A stretch of 64,000 nucleotides of DNA from Candidatus Eiseniibacteriota bacterium (GTDB lineage Bacteria > Eisenbacteria > RBG-16-71-46 > DASYSL01): positions 11,912 through 75,911 of the forward strand of contig JANPEF010000045.1 in assembly GCA_031431875.1 (NCBI GenBank). The letters run 5' to 3'. Shown piece after piece: positions 1 through 15,884 of this stretch. Positions within the stretch are counted from its first letter, which is position 1. The number at the start of each line of letters is the position of its first letter. The notes below the pieces were generated by a model, which ran no database searches, was not told the DNA's origin, and saw nothing but the letters and a program-made list of their open reading frames with translations. The translations under genes and the position numbers were made by a program.

Positions 1-1
1 T

Positions 2-1702
<1,701 letters not shown>

Positions 1703-1718
1703 GGCGCGGCGGGCCCGC

Positions 1719-2402
1719 TCAACGGACCACGAACTTGTAGCCGGCGCCGGTGACGGTGGCGATCATGGCCGCGGCCACAGGGCCGAGCTTGGCGCGGAGC
1801 CGGCGCACGTGCACGTCGACGGTCCGGGTCTCGCCTCGGAAGTCGTAGCCCCACACCTTGCTCAGGAGTTCGTCGCGCGAGAACACGCGCCCGGGATGCC
1901 GGGCGAGGAAGTAGAGCAGCTCGTACTCGCGCGGGGTCAGCGTGAGCTCGGCGCCGCCGAGGCTCGCTTCCCGCCTGGCGTGGTCGAGGCGGAGGGCCCC
2001 GGCCTCGAGGGCCTCCGGCTCGTGCGCCGGGCGCGCCCGGCGCAGCACCGCCTCGATGCGAGCGATCACTTCCTTCGGCGAGAACGGCTTGGTGATGTAG
2101 TCGTCGGCGCCGCGCTCGAAGCCCAGCAGCTTGTCCATCTCGGCGCCGCGCGCGGTCAGCAGCACGATGGGCAGGTCCCGCGTCGACGGCTCGGCGCGCA
2201 CCTCGCGGAGGATCTCGAGGCCGTTGAGCCCGGGCAGGAGCAGGTCGAGCAGCACCAGGTCTGGATGCGTGGCGAAGATGCGCGCCAGGCCCTCCTCGCC
2301 GGCCACCGACACCAGCACGTTATAGCCCGCGCGCTCCAGGTTATAGCGCAGCAGTTCGCGGATCTCGCGCTCGTCGTCGACGATGAGGATGGTGGCGGCC
2401 AC
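1719..2402 (-). CDS. phoB: OmpR/PhoB-family response regulator
   Basis: C-terminal part of ORF 1719..3725, GTG start at 2402. Receiver motifs ILIVDDE, LLDLLLP, GADDYITKPF; winged helix LTPREYELL...RTVDVHVRRLRAKL. The phoB assignment specifically is inferred from its partner. Confidence 0.8.
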   Translation of the reverse strand: MAATILIVDDEREIRELLRYNLERAGYNVLVSVAGEEGLARIFATHPDLVLLDLLLPGLNGLEILREVRAEPSTRDLPIVLLTARGAEMDKLLGFERGADDYITKPFSPKEVIARIEAVLRRARPAHEPEALEAGALRLDHARREASLGGAELTLTPREYELLYFLARHPGRVFSRDELLSKVWGYDFRGETRTVDVHVRRLRAKLGPVAAAMIATVTGAGYKFVVR

Positions 2403-2577
2403 GGCGGCAGTGTAGCGATTCGAGGCGGGCTGTCCATCCGGACCGTCGGTGCAGCGACGGTCGCTCACGTCGAGCCGACGGTTTCGTCGCCGCGGCGATC
2501 GGTTGCCACTCCGGGCGCAGCCGCCAGCGTGTTGTGCGACAAGCGCTAGCGCGTGTCCCCCGCTGGCATGCGCCAGC

Positions 2578-2593
2578 CGGTACAAACCTTGCA
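2578..2593 (+). promoter_or_regulatory. Putative sigma54 (-24/-12) promoter upstream of the outer-membrane protein gene
   Basis: CGGTACAAACCTTGCA fits GG-N10-GC with a TTGCA -12 element, about 210 nt before ATG 2805. Confidence 0.5.
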
Positions 2594-2804
2594 CTTCGCA
2601 CGTCATGATGGGCCGTCGCGCTCCCACCGAGCGCCTCCTTGCGAGGCCCCTCCGGCCCCCGTACCGGTCCCCCCGAGCCCGCCGACCGGCGCGACGACCC
2701 GTCCCGCGTCTTGACGCCCGCCGGTCGCTCTGCGAGCGTACGCCTCGACTGGGGAGTCCCTCCCGCATCCCGCGGGACCCGTGCGTACCCTTGGAGGAGC
2801 CGCC

Positions 2805-3422
2805 ATGAAGCGTCTTGCTCTCGTTCTCGCCTCGCTCTGCCTGTTCGCCGTTCCGGCCTCGGCCCAGGTGTTCGGCCAGCTCCACCCCGCGCACCCGCTG
2901 CGCAACGACAGCAACCTGTGGGGCGCCTACCTCCTGCTGGGCGATCGCGTCGACGACGTCGGCCTGCTCGGCCAGGTCCGCTTCGGCTCGAGCCCGTCCT
3001 TCGACTGGGGCCTGCAGTTCGGCTTCGTCGATGGCCCGGGCGACGGCGGCATCATCCTCGGTGCCGACATCCGCCCCAGCATCAAGCGCGCCGACGGCGA
3101 GTTTCCGCTCGACCTCGCGTTCGACGGCGCCGTCGGCCTCACCATCGGCGACGGCTACACGCTGCTCGAACTGCAGCCGGCGCTGCTCTACAGCCATCGC
3201 TTCGCCCTCGACGGCGGCGGCGCGCTTTCGCCGTATGGCTCGGTGGGCATGGACTTCCAGAGCGCGAGCTACGACAACGACAACAACGGCGACGACACCG
3301 AGGTCGACGTGATCGCCCGCTTCGGCCTGGAGTGGGAAGCGACCAGGACGTTCTCGGTCATCGGGGAGTTCGGGCTCGGCAACCAGGACTCGTTCATCAC
3401 CGGGATCAACGTGCTCTTCTAG
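2805..3422 (+). CDS. Outer-membrane beta-barrel protein
   Basis: GGAGG RBS, signal peptide MKRLALVLASLCLFAVPASA, alternating amphipathic strands, C-terminal Phe (ITGINVLF). Confidence 0.75.
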   Translation: MKRLALVLASLCLFAVPASAQVFGQLHPAHPLRNDSNLWGAYLLLGDRVDDVGLLGQVRFGSSPSFDWGLQFGFVDGPGDGGIILGADIRPSIKRADGEFPLDLAFDGAVGLTIGDGYTLLELQPALLYSHRFALDGGGALSPYGSVGMDFQSASYDNDNNGDDTEVDVIARFGLEWEATRTFSVIGEFGLGNQDSFITGINVLF

Positions 3423-3791
3423 GCCGCGCGTCGCGCGACGTTCGCGGATGAACCACGGGGCGCGGCCACTGGTCGTGCCCCGCTTCGTTCTGCACCCCGG
3501 GCCAAGTGCCGTCCCTGCCGGGGGCTTCCGGGCCGAGCCCGATCCCGGATCGAGAAAATACCCCCAAAGGACTCGGAATACGTCGCTTAGGAGTTCGGAC
3601 GAAAGATGAAAATCGGCCTTGTGGGGGGCCGGATCGGGTGCTAGTTTGCCACGCCTTTCCGGAGGCGACTCACCGACCCGCTCACGGGCCCGGTTTGACG
3701 CACCCAACTGATTATTCTGCAACACGTTCCGCGCGGGGCTTCCCGGCCGACCCGAGATCGGTCGCCGGGACCATTTTCAGGACCTCCCGGG

Positions 3792-3969
3792 TGTGGACAA
3801 GAAGTGGATAGCCGGGCAGGAGGATCCGGCGAAGTTTCTATTCAACAAGGGGTTGGCGAGTTTTATCCCACTGTGGACAACTCGCGCACGCTTCGCCTGC
3901 CCCTGGACCGCGCCCGCTTCGCAGGGCCAACGGACGCGGTCCTCCTCCGGTTTTGGGGCCTGTGGATAA
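3792..3969. promoter_or_regulatory. DnaA-box cluster upstream of dnaA (oriC left part / dnaA autoregulation)
   Basis: TGTGGATAA at 3961-3969 is a perfect TTATCCACA on the minus strand. TGTGGACAA at 3792-3800 and 3872-3880 has 1 mismatch. Degenerate boxes at 3803 and 3863. Confidence 0.8.
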
Positions 3970-4004
3970 CTTGGACGTCGCTTCTCACCACAAGGATCGT
4001 TCCG

Positions 4005-5408
4005 ATGGCCGTCGACCCCACCCCGGTACTCTGGGATCGCATCCTCGATGAAGTGCAGCGCCGCCTGCCCACTCCGCAGGCGTTCGACACCTGGTTCCAG
4101 CCCATGCGCGCCCGCGTCGTCTCCGACGCGGCGCTCGAGCTCGCGGTGCCCAGCCTGTTCTTCATCGAGTGGATCCAGCAGCACTACCTCGAGCCTCTCG
4201 CCGAGAGCGCGTTCTCCGTCCTGGGCTGCGCGCCATCGATCCGGTTCATCGTCGCTCCCGAGCTGTCCGTGCTCCCCTCGATCCTCCGGCCCGGCGAGCG
4301 CGCGCCGGAGCGCGAGCGGGCGTCCGAGTTCTATGCGCCGCCGCTGCGCCCCGCCCCGTCCTCGACGGTCTCGCCGGACGACGGCAGTGGCCTGATCTCG
4401 CGCTACACCTTCGGCACGTTCGTCGTCGGCGGCTCGAACCAGATGAGCTATGCCAGCGCCATGGGCGTCGCCGAGCATCCCGGGCAGATGTACAACCCGC
4501 TGGTCATCTACGGCGGCGTGGGCCTGGGCAAGACGCACCTGTCGAACGCGATCGGCCACAAGGTGCGCGAGGTCAATCCCGCTGCGGTGATCTACTACAT
4601 GTCGGCCGAGAAGTTCATGAACCAGATGATCGCCGCCATCCAGACGGGCACGACGCTGGCGTTTCGCGAGAAGTACCGCCGCGCCGACCTCCTGCTCATC
4701 GACGACATCCAGTTCCTGGCCACCAAGGACGCCACGCAGGAGGAGTTCTTCCACACGTTCAACGCGCTGTACGAGTCGCAGAAGCAGATCGTGCTCACCT
4801 GCGACAAGCCGCCGCGCGAGATCGACGGGCTCGAGGAGCGGCTGGTCTCCCGCTTCCACCAGGGCCTCGTCGTCGACGTCAAGCCGCCGGAACTCGAGAC
4901 GCGGGTCGCCATCCTGCAGAAGCGGGCCGCGGCCGATCGCTTCTACCTGCCGGGCCCGCTCGCGCTGCTGATTGCCAGCCATGTGAAGGGCAACGTGCGC
5001 GAGCTCGAGGGCTGCCTGCTGCGCCTCATCGCCTACACCTCGATCGCGCGCATGTCCGAGCCGACCGAGGAGATGGCGCAGGAGATCCTGAGCGAGTTCG
5101 TGCACGCCGAGTCGCTGTCGATCGAGCCCGAGACCATCGTGCACATCGTGGCGCAGCACTACGGGATCACGCGCGAGCAGCTCAAGGGCAAGCGCCGCAC
5201 CGCCTCGGTCGCGCTGCCGCGACAGATGGCGATGTCGCTGATGCGTCGCCAGACCACGCTGTCGCTGTCCGAGATCGGGCGCTTCTTCGATCGCGATCAC
5301 ACGACCGTGATCCACGCCTGTGACAAGATCGAGCGCCTGAAGGTGACCGATCGGCAGATGCGCGACACCGTCGAGCGGCTTGCCGAGACGATCCAGAACG
5401 CCCGTTGA
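4005..5408 (+). CDS. dnaA: Chromosomal replication initiator DnaA
   Basis: YTFGTFVVG, YNPLVIYGGVGLGKTHL (Walker A), LLIDDIQFL, QEEFFHTFN, NVRELEG, RDHTTVIHA. ATG at 4005 follows AAGGA. Confidence 0.98.
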   Translation: MAVDPTPVLWDRILDEVQRRLPTPQAFDTWFQPMRARVVSDAALELAVPSLFFIEWIQQHYLEPLAESAFSVLGCAPSIRFIVAPELSVLPSILRPGERAPERERASEFYAPPLRPAPSSTVSPDDGSGLISRYTFGTFVVGGSNQMSYASAMGVAEHPGQMYNPLVIYGGVGLGKTHLSNAIGHKVREVNPAAVIYYMSAEKFMNQMIAAIQTGTTLAFREKYRRADLLLIDDIQFLATKDATQEEFFHTFNALYESQKQIVLTCDKPPREIDGLEERLVSRFHQGLVVDVKPPELETRVAILQKRAAADRFYLPGPLALLIASHVKGNVRELEGCLLRLIAYTSIARMSEPTEEMAQEILSEFVHAESLSIEPETIVHIVAQHYGITREQLKGKRRTASVALPRQMAMSLMRRQTTLSLSEIGRFFDRDHTTVIHACDKIERLKVTDRQMRDTVERLAETIQNAR

Positions 5409-5809
5409 GGCGCCAGGACGCGCAGCGGCGGGTGGGGATGACCGGTGGAGAATCGGGGGGCAACCGGGGGGCGAAAACACCACCTTCGGGGACAACTCGA
5501 AGGGGTGGAGAATGGCTCCGGATTCGTCCCTCGCGTGGGCCGCTCGCTGGGGATGGAGTTTTAGCCCACAAACAGCTGCAGGACAACGGGTTGAAGTTCG
5601 GATGCCGGGGTTGTACACATTTCCACCGATTCTACTGGTTCTAGTTCTTTTAAGTACTTGAGAGAAAAGAGAATAAGAGATAGTCTACAGTCGATTTCCC
5701 AGCTCCCCGGTTCCGTGCCTTCGGGGGGCTCGGAGACGGGGGGTTCAGACCCCCTCCGGAGCCCCGCGTTCGTCCCTGAGGCGCCCCCCCGGGAAGAGGG
5801 AGAAGTCGA
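5409..5809. other. oriC: Probable oriC unwinding region in the dnaA-dnaN spacer
   Basis: Tandem boxes TTGTACACA-TTTCCACC at 5611-5627, then trio-like CTA CTG GTT CTA GTT CTT TTA and an AT-rich tract to about 5690. Further degenerate GGTGGAGAA boxes lie upstream. Confidence 0.75.
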
Positions 5810-6967
5810 ATGGAATTCACCATCCAGCAGGCGGATCTGTCCTACGCGCTGTCGACGGCGCTGGCGTCGGTTCCCTCCAAGAGCACCATCCCGATTCTCT
5901 CGACGGTGCTGCTCGAGGCCGAAGGCTCGACGCTGCGCATCACGGGCACGGATCTCGACCTCACGACGTCGATCACCGTTCCGGCGAAGGTCAAGACGCC
6001 GGGTCGCGCCGCCGTGCAGGCACGCCACTTCGCCGATGCGGTACGCAAGCTGCCCCGCGACGAGGTGAAGGTCGGGCAGGATGCGCAGAACCGCCTCTCG
6101 ATCGAGTATGGCAAGGGCAAGGGCCGCACGGCCGTGCCGCGTCAGGACGACGCGCAGTTCCCCGCCGTCCCGACGGTCAAGGCCGAGCATCAGGCCACCG
6201 TCGACGGTCCCGCCCTGGCGCGCCTGATCGCCCGCTCGGCCTATGCCGTCTCCAGCGACGAGACGCGCCAGGTGCTCACCGGCGTGTTCGTGCAGGCCGA
6301 GGGCAAGCACGTGGCGTTCGTCGCCACCGACGGCCACCGCCTGGCGCGCGCCCGGCTCAAGGGCGAGTTCGGCGGCCTGGGCAAGCAGGCGGTGATCATC
6401 CCGTCGAAGACGATCCAGACGCTGGGCCGCCTCGCCTCCGAGGCCACCAGCCCCGTCGAGATCGCAGTGTCGACGCAGCGCAATCACGTCGCGTTCAAGC
6501 TGCGCATCGGGCAGAGCGACGTGACCGTGTACTCGCGGCTGCTCGAGGGCCCGTTCCCGAACTACGAGCAGGTCATTCCCAAGTCGAATCCCAAGGCGGT
6601 CGTCGTCGCCCGCGCCGCGTTGCGCGAGGCGCTCGATCGCGTGGCCACGCACTCGGACAACATCACCCACCAGGTGCGTTTCGCAGTCGCTCCCGGCGAG
6701 TTGCGCCTGTCGGTCAACACCGCCGACGTGGGCTCGGGCGAGGAGTCGATCGAGGCCACGTACGACGGCGAGGAACTCGAGTTGGGCTACAACGCGATCT
6801 ACCTGCTCGACATCCTCAAGACGATCGAGACCGAGAATGTGGTCTTCCGCCTCAACACGTCGATCAGCGCCGGGATCATCGAGCCGGAGGGAGCGCTCTC
6901 CGACGGCTCCGAGGAAGTGTTGTGCCTCGTGATGCCGCTGCGGCTGCCGGAGCCGGCGGGAGTTTGA
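5810..6967 (+). CDS. dnaN: DNA polymerase III beta sliding clamp
   Basis: PILSTVLL, GTDLD, VATDGHRLA, SRLLEGPFPNYEQVIP, LVMPLRL; located after dnaA. Confidence 0.98.
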   Translation: MEFTIQQADLSYALSTALASVPSKSTIPILSTVLLEAEGSTLRITGTDLDLTTSITVPAKVKTPGRAAVQARHFADAVRKLPRDEVKVGQDAQNRLSIEYGKGKGRTAVPRQDDAQFPAVPTVKAEHQATVDGPALARLIARSAYAVSSDETRQVLTGVFVQAEGKHVAFVATDGHRLARARLKGEFGGLGKQAVIIPSKTIQTLGRLASEATSPVEIAVSTQRNHVAFKLRIGQSDVTVYSRLLEGPFPNYEQVIPKSNPKAVVVARAALREALDRVATHSDNITHQVRFAVAPGELRLSVNTADVGSGEESIEATYDGEELELGYNAIYLLDILKTIETENVVFRLNTSISAGIIEPEGALSDGSEEVLCLVMPLRLPEPAGV

Positions 6968-7293
6968 CGCCGCGCCGCGGACGCCCGCGCCGCGACGGCG
7001 CCGCCGCCCGGGTGGGCGACGTGCTGCCGCGCGTGCTCGGACGGCTGGGCCTGGCCGCCGACCTCGATCGCTGGCGCATGGTGAACGAGTGGGACGCCAT
7101 CGTCGGCGCGCCGCTTGCCCAGCATGCCCGCGCCGTCCGCGTCGAGGGCGAGATCCTCGTCGTCGAGGCCGACAACTCGGCCGCGCTCTACCACGTGAAG
7201 CATTTCGAGAAGCAGATGCTCGCGAACGTGCAGGCCCATCTCCGGGTCGGAACCATCCGGAACCTGCGCTTCGAGGTCCGCAATGGGTCGTAA
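6964..7293 (+). CDS. dciA: DUF721 / DciA-family replicative helicase-operating protein
   Basis: TTG start overlaps the dnaN stop. WDAIVGAPLAQHARAVRVEGEILVVEADNS is the DUF721 pattern, in its typical position before gyrB. Confidence 0.75.
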   Translation: MTPRRGRPRRDGAAARVGDVLPRVLGRLGLAADLDRWRMVNEWDAIVGAPLAQHARAVRVEGEILVVEADNSAALYHVKHFEKQMLANVQAHLRVGTIRNLRFEVRNGS

Positions 7294-9363
<2,070 letters not shown>

Positions 9364-9388
9364 TCGCCGAATCCGGGAGAGCCGAGGC

Positions 9389-11887
<2,499 letters not shown>

Positions 11888-11895
11888 CAGCTCGC

Positions 11896-11925
11896 AAGGG
11901 GCGCGGCCACGTGGTCGCGCCCCTT
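11896..11925 (+). terminator. GC-rich hairpin after gyrA
   Basis: Inverted repeat AAGGGGCGCGGCCAC / GTGGTCGCGCCCCTT followed by a pyrimidine-rich tract. Confidence 0.55.
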
Positions 11926-11938
11926 CGCTTCCTCTTGC

Positions 11939-11956
11939 TTGTGAAAGAGTTCACGT
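11939..11956. promoter_or_regulatory. Rex operator overlapping the rex start codon
   Basis: TTGTGAA-AGAG-TTCACGT versus the Rex consensus TTGTGAA-N4-TTCACAA. Confidence 0.8.
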
Positions 11957-12623
11957 GAGCCCGGATCACGTCAGCGACTCCACCGTACGCCGCCTTTCCA
12001 ACTACCTGCGCGTGCTCGATGAACTCGAGCGCGAGGGCGAGGCGTTGATCTCATCGCAGGGACTGGCCGAGCGCGCCGGCGTCACTCCCGCCCAGGTGCG
12101 CAAGGATCTGTCCTACTTCGGATCGTTCGGTCGGCGCGGGCTGGGTTACTCGGTGGCGAGCCTTCAGGGCGAGGTGCGCGCCATCCTGGGGCTCGACCGG
12201 CGCTGGCGCGTGGGCCTGGTCGGCGCGGGGAACATCGGCAGCGCGCTGTTTGCCTACAAGGAGTTCGCGCGTCAGGGGTTCGACATCGTGGCCGTGTTCG
12301 ACGACGCGCCCGATCGCATCGGCCAGGTGCTGGGTGAGCTCGAGATCCGTCCGATGGACGACTTCGAGAGCATTTGTCAGGAGCGTCGCGTCGACATCGG
12401 CGTCATCGCCACGCCCGCCAGGGACGCGCAGCAGATCGCCGACCTGATGGGGCGCGTCGGTCTGCGCGGCATCCTCAACTTCGCCCCGCGCAAGCTGTTC
12501 GTGCCCCCCACCGTGGCGCTGCGCACCGTGAACATGGCGATCGAGCTGGAGAGCCTGTCGTTCGCGCTGGCGCAGGGCGAGTCGGCCCCTCACGGCCGCC
12601 GCCGCCTGCCGCCCGGCGACTGA
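11955..12623 (+). CDS. rex: Redox-sensing transcriptional repressor Rex
   Basis: TVRRLSNYLR, AQVRKDLSYFGSFGRRGLGY, GAGNIG Rossmann motif, GILNFAP. Confidence 0.97.
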   Translation: MSPDHVSDSTVRRLSNYLRVLDELEREGEALISSQGLAERAGVTPAQVRKDLSYFGSFGRRGLGYSVASLQGEVRAILGLDRRWRVGLVGAGNIGSALFAYKEFARQGFDIVAVFDDAPDRIGQVLGELEIRPMDDFESICQERRVDIGVIATPARDAQQIADLMGRVGLRGILNFAPRKLFVPPTVALRTVNMAIELESLSFALAQGESAPHGRRRLPPGD

Positions 12624-12634
12624 CGGGCGTCCCG

Positions 12635-13534
12635 ATGGCGACGTTCGCCCTCGTCCTCGTCAACCTGATCTTCGGCGCCACGTTCGTCGTGGTGAAGGAT
12701 GCGATGACGCACGTCACGCCCGTGCGCTTCATCACGCTGCGCTTCCTGGTCGGCGGCGGCGTCCTGCTGTTCCTCGCGCTGTTGCGCGAGCGCGCGGCGC
12801 TGCGGCGCGGGCGCACGTGGCGCGACGGCGCGTTGCTCGGGGCGCTGCTCTACCTCGGGTTCGCCACGCAGACGGCCGGCCTGGTCTTCATCACGCCGGC
12901 GATCTCGGCGTTCATCACCGCCACTTCGGTGCCTTTCGTCCCCGTGCTCGCCGTCCTGTTCCTGCGCGATCGCGTGACCCCGGCCGCCTGGGCGGGAGTC
13001 GGGCTCGCCTTCGCCGGACTGCTCGCGCTGACGTGGCCGGGCGGAAACCTCGGCTTCGGCCCGGGCGAGGCGCTGACGATCGCGACCGCGGTCGCCTTTG
13101 CGGCGCACTTCGTCGCCACCGCGCATCTCGCCTCGCGCACGCCGCCCCTGGCGCTGGCCGGCGCGCAGATTGCGTGCGCCGGCGTGCTGGCGCTGGTGAC
13201 GCTGCCGCTCGACGGGGCGCTGTTCCGCGCCGGAGCGATCGTCGTCGCCCCGGCGCCGCTGTTCGCCCCGCTGCCGGCGATCGCATGGGCCGAGATCGCG
13301 GGCATGGGCCTCGTGGCGACGGCGTTCGCTTACCTCGTCCAGACCTGGGCGCAGCGCACCGTGCCGGCGACGCAGGTCGCGGTCATCTTCGCGCTCGAGC
13401 CGGTGTTCGCGACCTTGTTCTCGGCGGCGCTGGTCGGCGAGCGCTTCGGCTGGCGCGCCGGGGTCGGGATGGCATGCATCCTCGCGGGCATGATCGTCGT
13501 GTCGCTGCGCGGCGGAGTCGCCGACCGTCCCTGA
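12635..13534 (+). CDS. DMT/EamA-family transporter
   Basis: About 10 TM helices; GATFVVVK, LRF, AYLVQTWAQR, ALEPVFA. Confidence 0.88.
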   Translation: MATFALVLVNLIFGATFVVVKDAMTHVTPVRFITLRFLVGGGVLLFLALLRERAALRRGRTWRDGALLGALLYLGFATQTAGLVFITPAISAFITATSVPFVPVLAVLFLRDRVTPAAWAGVGLAFAGLLALTWPGGNLGFGPGEALTIATAVAFAAHFVATAHLASRTPPLALAGAQIACAGVLALVTLPLDGALFRAGAIVVAPAPLFAPLPAIAWAEIAGMGLVATAFAYLVQTWAQRTVPATQVAVIFALEPVFATLFSAALVGERFGWRAGVGMACILAGMIVVSLRGGVADRP

Positions 13535-13547
13535 TGCCGCAGCGGCC

Positions 13548-15884
13548 CTACGGCGCGGGCGGGCGCAGTGGATCCGGTGGGCCGAGCAGCGGAATCTCGA
13601 CCTGGATCCCCGCGTGAAAGCGCCAGTCGGACGGCCCGGAGCCCACCGCCGTGCGCACGCCGCCCACCGGGGCGATGCGCACGTGCTCGATCAGCACGTG
13701 CGGCGCGGCAACCGCCGCCGGCGAGTACTCGAGGGCGAACAACCAGCGCGGCGGGTCGCTGAACTTGCCCGCGCGACCGATCCCGCCGGAGATGGAGCGC
13801 ATCGACCCGCGTCCGCTCGGGAACATGAGCCGGATATCGCGGAAGGCGTTGTCCTGCAGGTCGCGGTCGACCATCAAGCGGATCGCCTCGATGGCGAACG
13901 GGGAACGCGGGGCCGGGATCTGCAACCCCAGCGGGACGATCTGGTGCGGCGGATTCTCCGCGATCCCCATGATGAACACGATCCGGGAGAACAGCCACGG
14001 CTTGAAGATCCGCTCGGGATGCAGGTACGAGGGGTGCGTCCAGTAATCGCGGCGCACGACGGGGCGTGCCGGCCACGCCCGGAGCGCGTTCCACGACGCT
14101 TCCGCGAGCGAGTCCGGGATCGCGTAGTCGTCGGCCCGTGCGCCCCAGAAGCAGTGGCGATGGACCCGGAAGAACTGCAGTGCCTCGGCCCGCGTCGCCT
14201 GCGGATCCCGCAGCAGGCCTGCCAACGCCTGGAAATCACTCGATGGATACAGCGAGTACACGCCGCGGCGATCGAAGCCCCACGGATACGTGCCGCTGCC
14301 CGGCGGCTCGACGTGCGGATCGGGCGGCGCGACCGCCGCCGCCGCGCCGTTCAGCGCCGCGAGGCGATCGACGATCTTGCGGTCGTCGCGCCGCGGAAAT
14401 GAGAACGACGACTGAAACGGCCCCAGCTCGTCGATCCCGAACGCCGGCCCCACGTCGCGCTGTCCCCACGCGGAGCGGTACCCGTAGTTGGCATCCATCC
14501 CCAGGTCGAAGCGGCCGTCGTCGTTGCGGTCCGGGGCCAGGGCGTGCTTGCCCAGCTCGATCAGCACCGGCATGTGCTGGGGCAGGTGCTGCGGCCGTTG
14601 GAACGAGACCTGGCCGCGGCGGTCGCGCAGCACGATGTTCGCCGCCGCGGCGTCGCCGTGCGCGTCGGCTGCAAACGCCGCGACGTCGCCCACGGCGTCG
14701 GTGTAGGCGATGGCGTGCTCGGCGTCATGCACGTGCGCGCCGGTGCCGACGTCGTACAGGAAGTAGAACCAGTAGCTGATCTCGTGGCCGCCGGTCGGCG
14801 CCCCGTCGCGCACACGGAACCCGACGCGCGGTTCCGGCGGGTCGCCGAGGCGGGTGAGGATGAGCGTCGCCGCCTCGGCCGGCGCCGCGTCGGCGCGCTC
14901 GTAGCGCAGCTCGTAAGTGACGGCGCCCTGGGTGCGCGGGCCCCGCTCGCTCACCCGCGAGGCGGCGCCATGGAGCGTGTGGTAGAGGCGGTCGTGCAGG
15001 TCCGGGGTGGCGACCCCGATCGTGTCGAGGTCCTTGTACACGTCGAGGCCGCCGTCGGGCCGCGGATAGCCGACGAAGCTCGTGGTCACGTTCCACGGGA
15101 CGCCGCCCTCGAGCACGATCAGCGTGTCAGGCGGCTCCATGCTCCGGCGCACGTGCGTTCGCGCCGACACATTCTGCGTGAGCGGAAGCCCCTGCTCGCG
15201 CAGCGCGCGCAGCGTGCCGCCGCGGAGCGGGGATCCCGCCCCCGGGGCATCGGCCCGGATGCGATCGGCCAGGCCGGCCGAGACCGTGAGCCAGCGCTCG
15301 GGGCTCACGATGTAAGCCACCGCACCGGAGTCAGAGACGTCGGGCTCGCAGGCGAACGAGCGGGGCGAGAGCGCGATGCCCGCCGTGCGCAGCGCGTCGC
15401 GCGTCGACTGCGGCAGCGCCCATGCCTGCCACCCCGCATCCGTCCGGCAGGAACGGATTCCGCGCAGCAGCTCCTGGTCCTGGATCGTCACGCGGAATGG
15501 CCGCCGGTTGCCGTGCAGCGCGGCCATCGTCCGCAGGTCGAGGAGCCCGATCGCGAGCTCGGAGGGATCGGACAGGTCGATCAGGCCGTCGCCGTCGTTG
15601 TCGCGGCCGTCGAACGCAAACGCGTGCGGGATGACCGGGTAGAGCACTTCGTCCATCGCCGGGCGGAGGATCGGCGTGTACAGCGTCGCCGTGCGGCCGT
15701 CGGGATGAAGCGAGAGGATCGAGTCGGTGACGGCGTCAGCCCGCGAGTCACGCGCGGGCGTGAATGCGGCGACGCGTCCGGCAAGAATGCAGAGCGCCCC
15801 GCAGGCGAGCGAGGCGAGGACTATGGCGCGCACGACCGCGGGGGGGCCGGCAGGCGAACCGGGAGTGCGGCGAGCGTGGCGCAT
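13548..15884 (-). CDS. Large exported hypothetical protein with Ca-binding DxDxDG motifs and a Vps62/NPP1-like segment
   Basis: 778-aa ORF with an N-terminal hydrophobic signal, DGRDNDGDGLID, DRNDDGRFD, and YWFYFLYD...HVHDAEH...ELGKHA. Confidence 0.6.
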   Translation of the reverse strand: MRHARRTPGSPAGPPAVVRAIVLASLACGALCILAGRVAAFTPARDSRADAVTDSILSLHPDGRTATLYTPILRPAMDEVLYPVIPHAFAFDGRDNDGDGLIDLSDPSELAIGLLDLRTMAALHGNRRPFRVTIQDQELLRGIRSCRTDAGWQAWALPQSTRDALRTAGIALSPRSFACEPDVSDSGAVAYIVSPERWLTVSAGLADRIRADAPGAGSPLRGGTLRALREQGLPLTQNVSARTHVRRSMEPPDTLIVLEGGVPWNVTTSFVGYPRPDGGLDVYKDLDTIGVATPDLHDRLYHTLHGAASRVSERGPRTQGAVTYELRYERADAAPAEAATLILTRLGDPPEPRVGFRVRDGAPTGGHEISYWFYFLYDVGTGAHVHDAEHAIAYTDAVGDVAAFAADAHGDAAAANIVLRDRRGQVSFQRPQHLPQHMPVLIELGKHALAPDRNDDGRFDLGMDANYGYRSAWGQRDVGPAFGIDELGPFQSSFSFPRRDDRKIVDRLAALNGAAAAVAPPDPHVEPPGSGTYPWGFDRRGVYSLYPSSDFQALAGLLRDPQATRAEALQFFRVHRHCFWGARADDYAIPDSLAEASWNALRAWPARPVVRRDYWTHPSYLHPERIFKPWLFSRIVFIMGIAENPPHQIVPLGLQIPAPRSPFAIEAIRLMVDRDLQDNAFRDIRLMFPSGRGSMRSISGGIGRAGKFSDPPRWLFALEYSPAAVAAPHVLIEHVRIAPVGGVRTAVGSGPSDWRFHAGIQVEIPLLGPPDPLRPPAP

